This document shows, piece by piece, positions 59,715 to 64,000 of a DNA stretch of 64,000 nt. The position numbers and the translations under genes are program-made. The notes under the pieces were generated by a model, which had not been told where the DNA came from, did not search any database, and was given only the letters and a program-made list of their open reading frames with translations. Within the stretch, counting starts at the first letter, position 1. The number at the start of each line of letters is the position of its first letter. Source of the DNA: Klebsormidium nitens (taxonomy: Eukaryota; Plantae; Klebsormidiophyceae); the NCBI GenBank assembly GCA_000708835.1, contig DF237062.1, forward strand, positions 124,001 through 188,000, read 5' to 3'.

Positions 59715-62700
59715 ATGCACGGCGTCAAGCTCCCCCGCCTTACCACCACCAGCAGCGGCAACCACTCTAAGCAACCGCACCGGCGGGGCCCCTCTTACTC
59801 AAAGCGGCGCGCCCCACTTCGGCGATGGATCCGCCGGCTGGGGGGGTGCACCGTCTGTTGCGCCTCCGTCATTCTTTTTCTGCTGATGTCAGCAGTGGTC
59901 TTTCTAGCTGTGAAGAGTTGGCCGGGTGCGGCTGTGAGCTCAGCTTTTGATTTAGGAACCGATGAGAGTCCCGCCAATGTGTGGAGGCGGGGAGGGGAGC
60001 GGGGGGGGGAACATGATGCAGAGGAGTGGGGGGGTGGGGAAATCGCAAAAGGGCTGGACCTGGGGGCATACACGGCCATGGTGGGGGGCGATGTCGCTCC
60101 TCCAAGTGAGCCGAGCGGTTCAAGTGTTGTTGTCGCCCAGTGTGCTGCTTTATTCGGCACAACGTCCAGCAATCTGGCATTTGTTTTGAGCAGATTGGAG
60201 ATGACTCTGTTTCCCCTGAAAAGATGATTTTCCAAGAGATGGAGCAGACTGATAGGCTGTGAAGGTTTTTCTAGACAAACTGAGCTCAAAACTGCTCCTT
60301 GCATGAAAACCATTGGCCAAGTCTGGCTCATAAAGTAACTTCAGCACACAGAGAATGACTCAAAACGGAGATGCTCGCAATTGCTCATATTTCCATTCTT
60401 AGAAGGGTCACTCAAAGCCTAAGCAACTGAGAGGCTTGCGAAATGTCTGGGCCCTGCAGCCTCCATAGCCGACTTGGGCCTCCCAGTCCCCCTGCGCATC
60501 TATGTATACGAGCTTCCCCCTTCATTCAATGTGGACTTCCTGCGCAACCCCAGATGCGCCAGCCACCTGTTTGCTGCTGAGGTACGCACTGTTATATTGG
60601 TCGAGTAAGCTTTTCCTGTGCGTGAAGCAAACTGAAGGTCGAATTTGGCTGATGTTTCCCAACCAGATCTGTCGCTTGTAGTCGCATACAAACCTGACTT
60701 ACGCTCCTTGGAGGTGTGACCAGCTCTTGTTTTTAAGAGCGCCTCCTATATTGGCACACTCTAGAAGGTGATCCAGCTTCCTCATTTGCACCAACGATAG
60801 AGGTGCTGCCCTACCGGTGAGTGCAAATAGGCAGACGTGTCCTACTTTGTATTAAGTAAAGCGAGGACCAGTGTCTTCATTGTTCCTTTGCACTCAGGCA
60901 CTTTATTCAAACACATCCTGAGCGGAGAGCTAGTGATAGGAGCACAAGTTGGTTCATGAACCGGTGCTCAGGTAGAGGTTTCACTGCTTGATCATATTGA
61001 ACCTGCGGGTTCCAGGATCCAATATTTGCCTCCTCAGGGTATTGAGAAGTAACCCAGATGTGGCTCCCGACCCCTGAGATCCCTTGAAAAACATCGTTTG
61101 GGTACAAGTATCAGAGTTCGATGTGTAGACTGCCCTAGCTAGCCAGTTCTTCATGTTCTGTCTTCGTTGATCAACAATTACCCACTTTCTCAAGCTGAAC
61201 CTTTCTGCAGGTCGCCATTCACCGGGCACTGCTGCAAAGCCCCGTCCGCACCCTCCAGCCCGCCGAGGCCGACTTCTTCTTTGTCCCCGTTTACACCGCC
61301 TGCAACTTCAACACCGAAAACGGGTTCCCGAACCTGTCTGGGGCCCCGGAACAATTGCGCACCGCTGTCGAGCTTCTCGCGGCCGAGTACCAGTACTGGA
61401 ACCGCACGAACGGACGGGACCACGTGTTTGTGGCCACGCACGATTTTGGGGCGTGCTTTCACGCCATGGTGAGGTCCGCCGTCGTCCTCTTATTGTGTAT
61501 TACTCTGAGAATTTGCCGTCGGAAAACGGCTTGAGACCCATCAGCCCGGCCCTCCGGCTGAACTCAGGCTGTAGGACGCCTCGATCGGGTTGCATGGAAC
61601 CTGATGCCCCTCGGGTCGGGCACATTGCGACCCGACCCGAATTTTGCCCGAGATCCCGACCGATGTTGGCACCTCCGGCAGCTGCTAAATTTGGGCAGTG
61701 TAACCAATATGGCATGCCGATCGGGCTTGAGTCGTCTCGCTTGGACGCTTTCCACGCTCAAGTGTGACAACCCTATCAGCCTCCACTTGCTCTATCCTTA
61801 CTTTCTTTCCTGCATGAACGTTTTTGTTCGTTCTGCTCTCCTGGTCAAGCTTCGTCTGTGTAGCTTTTTGTCTTTTTCATCACTGCAAGTTCTTCCTTTC
61901 TCGCTGAGTTGTCGAGCTTTCCAACTGTCCGCAGCTGGTCGTTCCAGCAAGTGAGAGGAATCGATTCGTTGACCAACGCAGGACTTCTCGTAGCAACGCT
62001 GGATCTGAGATCAATGAACCATCAATTGCTGGTCATCAAAGAGTTGCTGTGTTGGCGCTAGCCATCCGCCTTCTGCAATCTGTGAAGTTCCACAAGCTTG
62101 TTGCTCGGCTGCAAGGGGCTTTACCGGAGCCTTGTTGGAGCTTAACGAGAACTGAATCGAAGCTTAAGAGAGCTTGATCAGATTGCAAGTAGACCGTTCG
62201 CACCCCCCTCTGCAGGAAAAGGCAGCCGTCCAGGCGGGGGTCCCTCAATTCCTCAGAAACAGCATCATTCTGCAGACGTTCGGCCAGACGAACAACCACC
62301 CGTGTCAGGTATGCAGACAAAGCCTTACCTCGTCGTTTCTTCTTGCTTCTGAGAACATCTCTTGTTCGGCTTTGGCAAGTGGATCAAAGTAAAGGTGGTC
62401 AGAGGGTTCGCAGGCGTTAAGCTTACCGTCGTCCTTGATCCTGCTCGAGCGTTTGGCGTTTCTCTCGGCCATGTTTTCAAGACAATCTCCTGAGGCCAAT
62501 CCGTCAAATCTGGTTTGAGAAAGTTCTGTGCAGATTGCATCCAACTCATCCAAGCTACCTCCTCCAACTCAGGACATCATTGAAACATCCAAGATTTTGC
62601 AGGACGTCGACCACATCCAGATCCCTCCTTACGTCCCCTCGCCCCTCGTTCTCGCCAACTGGCAGCCCCCCGAATCGCAGAACCGGACGATATTCGCGTA

Positions 62701-63573
62701 CATGAGCGGCAAAATCGAGGTGCATCCGAAAGAGAGCGTGTCCGGTGACGTGTACGGACGCGCGGTTCGGACCGGGATCTGGAAGCGGTTCCACCGGGAT
62801 AAGCGGTTTCTCATACGAAGGAAGCGGCCGGAGGCGTATTACGAGGAGATGCTGCACGCGCGCTTCTGCTTATGCCCCAGGGGGTGGGTTATATTTTGTT
62901 TAGGCGCTCTGCCTTGCGGAAGTTTTAGCGCTTGTTTCCTGATTATCGCTCATTTTTGTCATTCCTGGAAGAGCGACACTCGATGGAAGACGTCGTTTCC
63001 GACACTGGACCTTGGGAAGTTGATAGAAGACTCCCAAAGTCTTTCACGCGGGCTATTTGAAGGGACGGAGTTGCGTGCATCTTGTATGCTGGCCAATATC
63101 CTGTAGTACTGGATTTTTACTTTACTCGTTTGCGGAGCCGAGTGGCGCTAACACGCACCTGAGCGGACAACTCCACTTCCATAAGAAAGTCAAGGATTGT
63201 TACATTTTGTGTTTTCGGACTGATCGTGTTTGTTCGTGCTCGCAGGTGGGCCCCTTGGAGCCCCCGGATCGTGGAGAGCGTCCTCTTCGGATGCATCCCG
63301 GTGATCATCGCCGACCACATCAAGCTGCCGTTTGACGACTTGCTCAACTGGCCGGCCATGGGACTGATTCTGCAAGAGAATGAGGTTCCGAATCTAGCGA
63401 CTATTCTCGAAAGTCTGTCGGAGGATAGAGTTGCGTCTATGCAGCGTGAGTTGTGGCGGGCTGAGGTGAGGCGGACGCTGCTGTTTCTGGAACCTTCGGT
63501 CAGGGGGGATGCCACGTGGCAGATACTAGACGCTTTAGCAAAGAAAAAGATGGAGAGAGACAAATTGCAATAA
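59715..63573 (+). CDS. IRX7: GT47 exostosin-family glycosyltransferase, IRX7/FRA8-F8H clade, type II membrane protein, ~490 aa
   Basis: Exons 59715-60105, 60460-60581, 61211-61468, 62216-62308, 62603-62883, 63246-63573 (1473 nt, in phase). N-terminal TM segment, then RIYVYELP..RCASHLFAAEVAIH, EADFFFVPVYTACNF..NGFP, RDHVFVATHDFGACFHAM, FCLCPRGWAPWSPRIVES and GDATWQILDAL, as in Arabidopsis FRA8. Confidence 0.92.
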
Positions 63574-64000
63574 GGTGCACATGAGTCCTCATGCCGGTTG
63601 CCAAGCATACATCTGATGCAGACGCAGCTATTGTCCGCATTCAGCATGCATGCCTCTGATTGCATGCGTCATGCTCGCAATACCATGGCCAGTCATGTTC
63701 ATGCCATGCATGATGTTTCCGTGCAAAAGAGCGCTTAAGATTGTGCGTGCCCCTGCGTGTCTAAGTCGGACCGTGCGTGCGGATTGCTCTCTTACATCAA
63801 CGCATATGTGCAAGTAAGAAGATAGATTTCAGGTGCACGCTAGCTTCCTCGAGAGTCATAAGAATTGATGATGTTGACAAAAAGCTGCATGCGCCGGACA
63901 GCTTCCTAGCACCTGTGTCTAAAACACCGGCCTGGGTTGACACGCAGTTTGGACTACCACTGCATTCTGTGCTACTAAATTACAAACCCAGTACATTTTG

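Noticed and set aside
61520-61745. cccgacccga-rich intronic segment with weak inverted ends
   Set aside because: The inverted match is too degenerate to call a transposon.

Overview
Eukaryotic nuclear DNA, intron-rich and GC-rich. It looks like a streptophyte green alga (Klebsormidium-like); this is inferred from a green-plant YbeY-HAD fusion, an IRX7/FRA8-type GT47 and a cyanobacterial-type RF3. I reconstructed ten protein-coding loci by hand, nine spliced and one intronless. In order: YbeY-HAD (5' end outside the window), a ~1065-aa protein with six C2HC zinc fingers, a small coiled-coil protein, VPS54, Iojap/RsfS, an F-box/LRR gene, plastid-type prfC/RF3, a small secreted EGF-like protein, a divergent PARP/ART-like protein and an IRX7/FRA8-like exostosin. 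VPS54 and the F-box gene each carry an apparent frameshift. There is a nest of MITE-like inverted-repeat elements at ~46.9-50 kb and a 657-N assembly gap. The main unexplained structure is that introns of four genes contain decayed tandem copies ('echoes') of the adjacent exon end plus its splice site, usually spaced ~150-165 bp apart. A second unexplained feature is a G-rich ~60-70-bp core found six times, at least twice between unrelated inverted arms. No rRNA, tRNA or CRISPR array was recognised.
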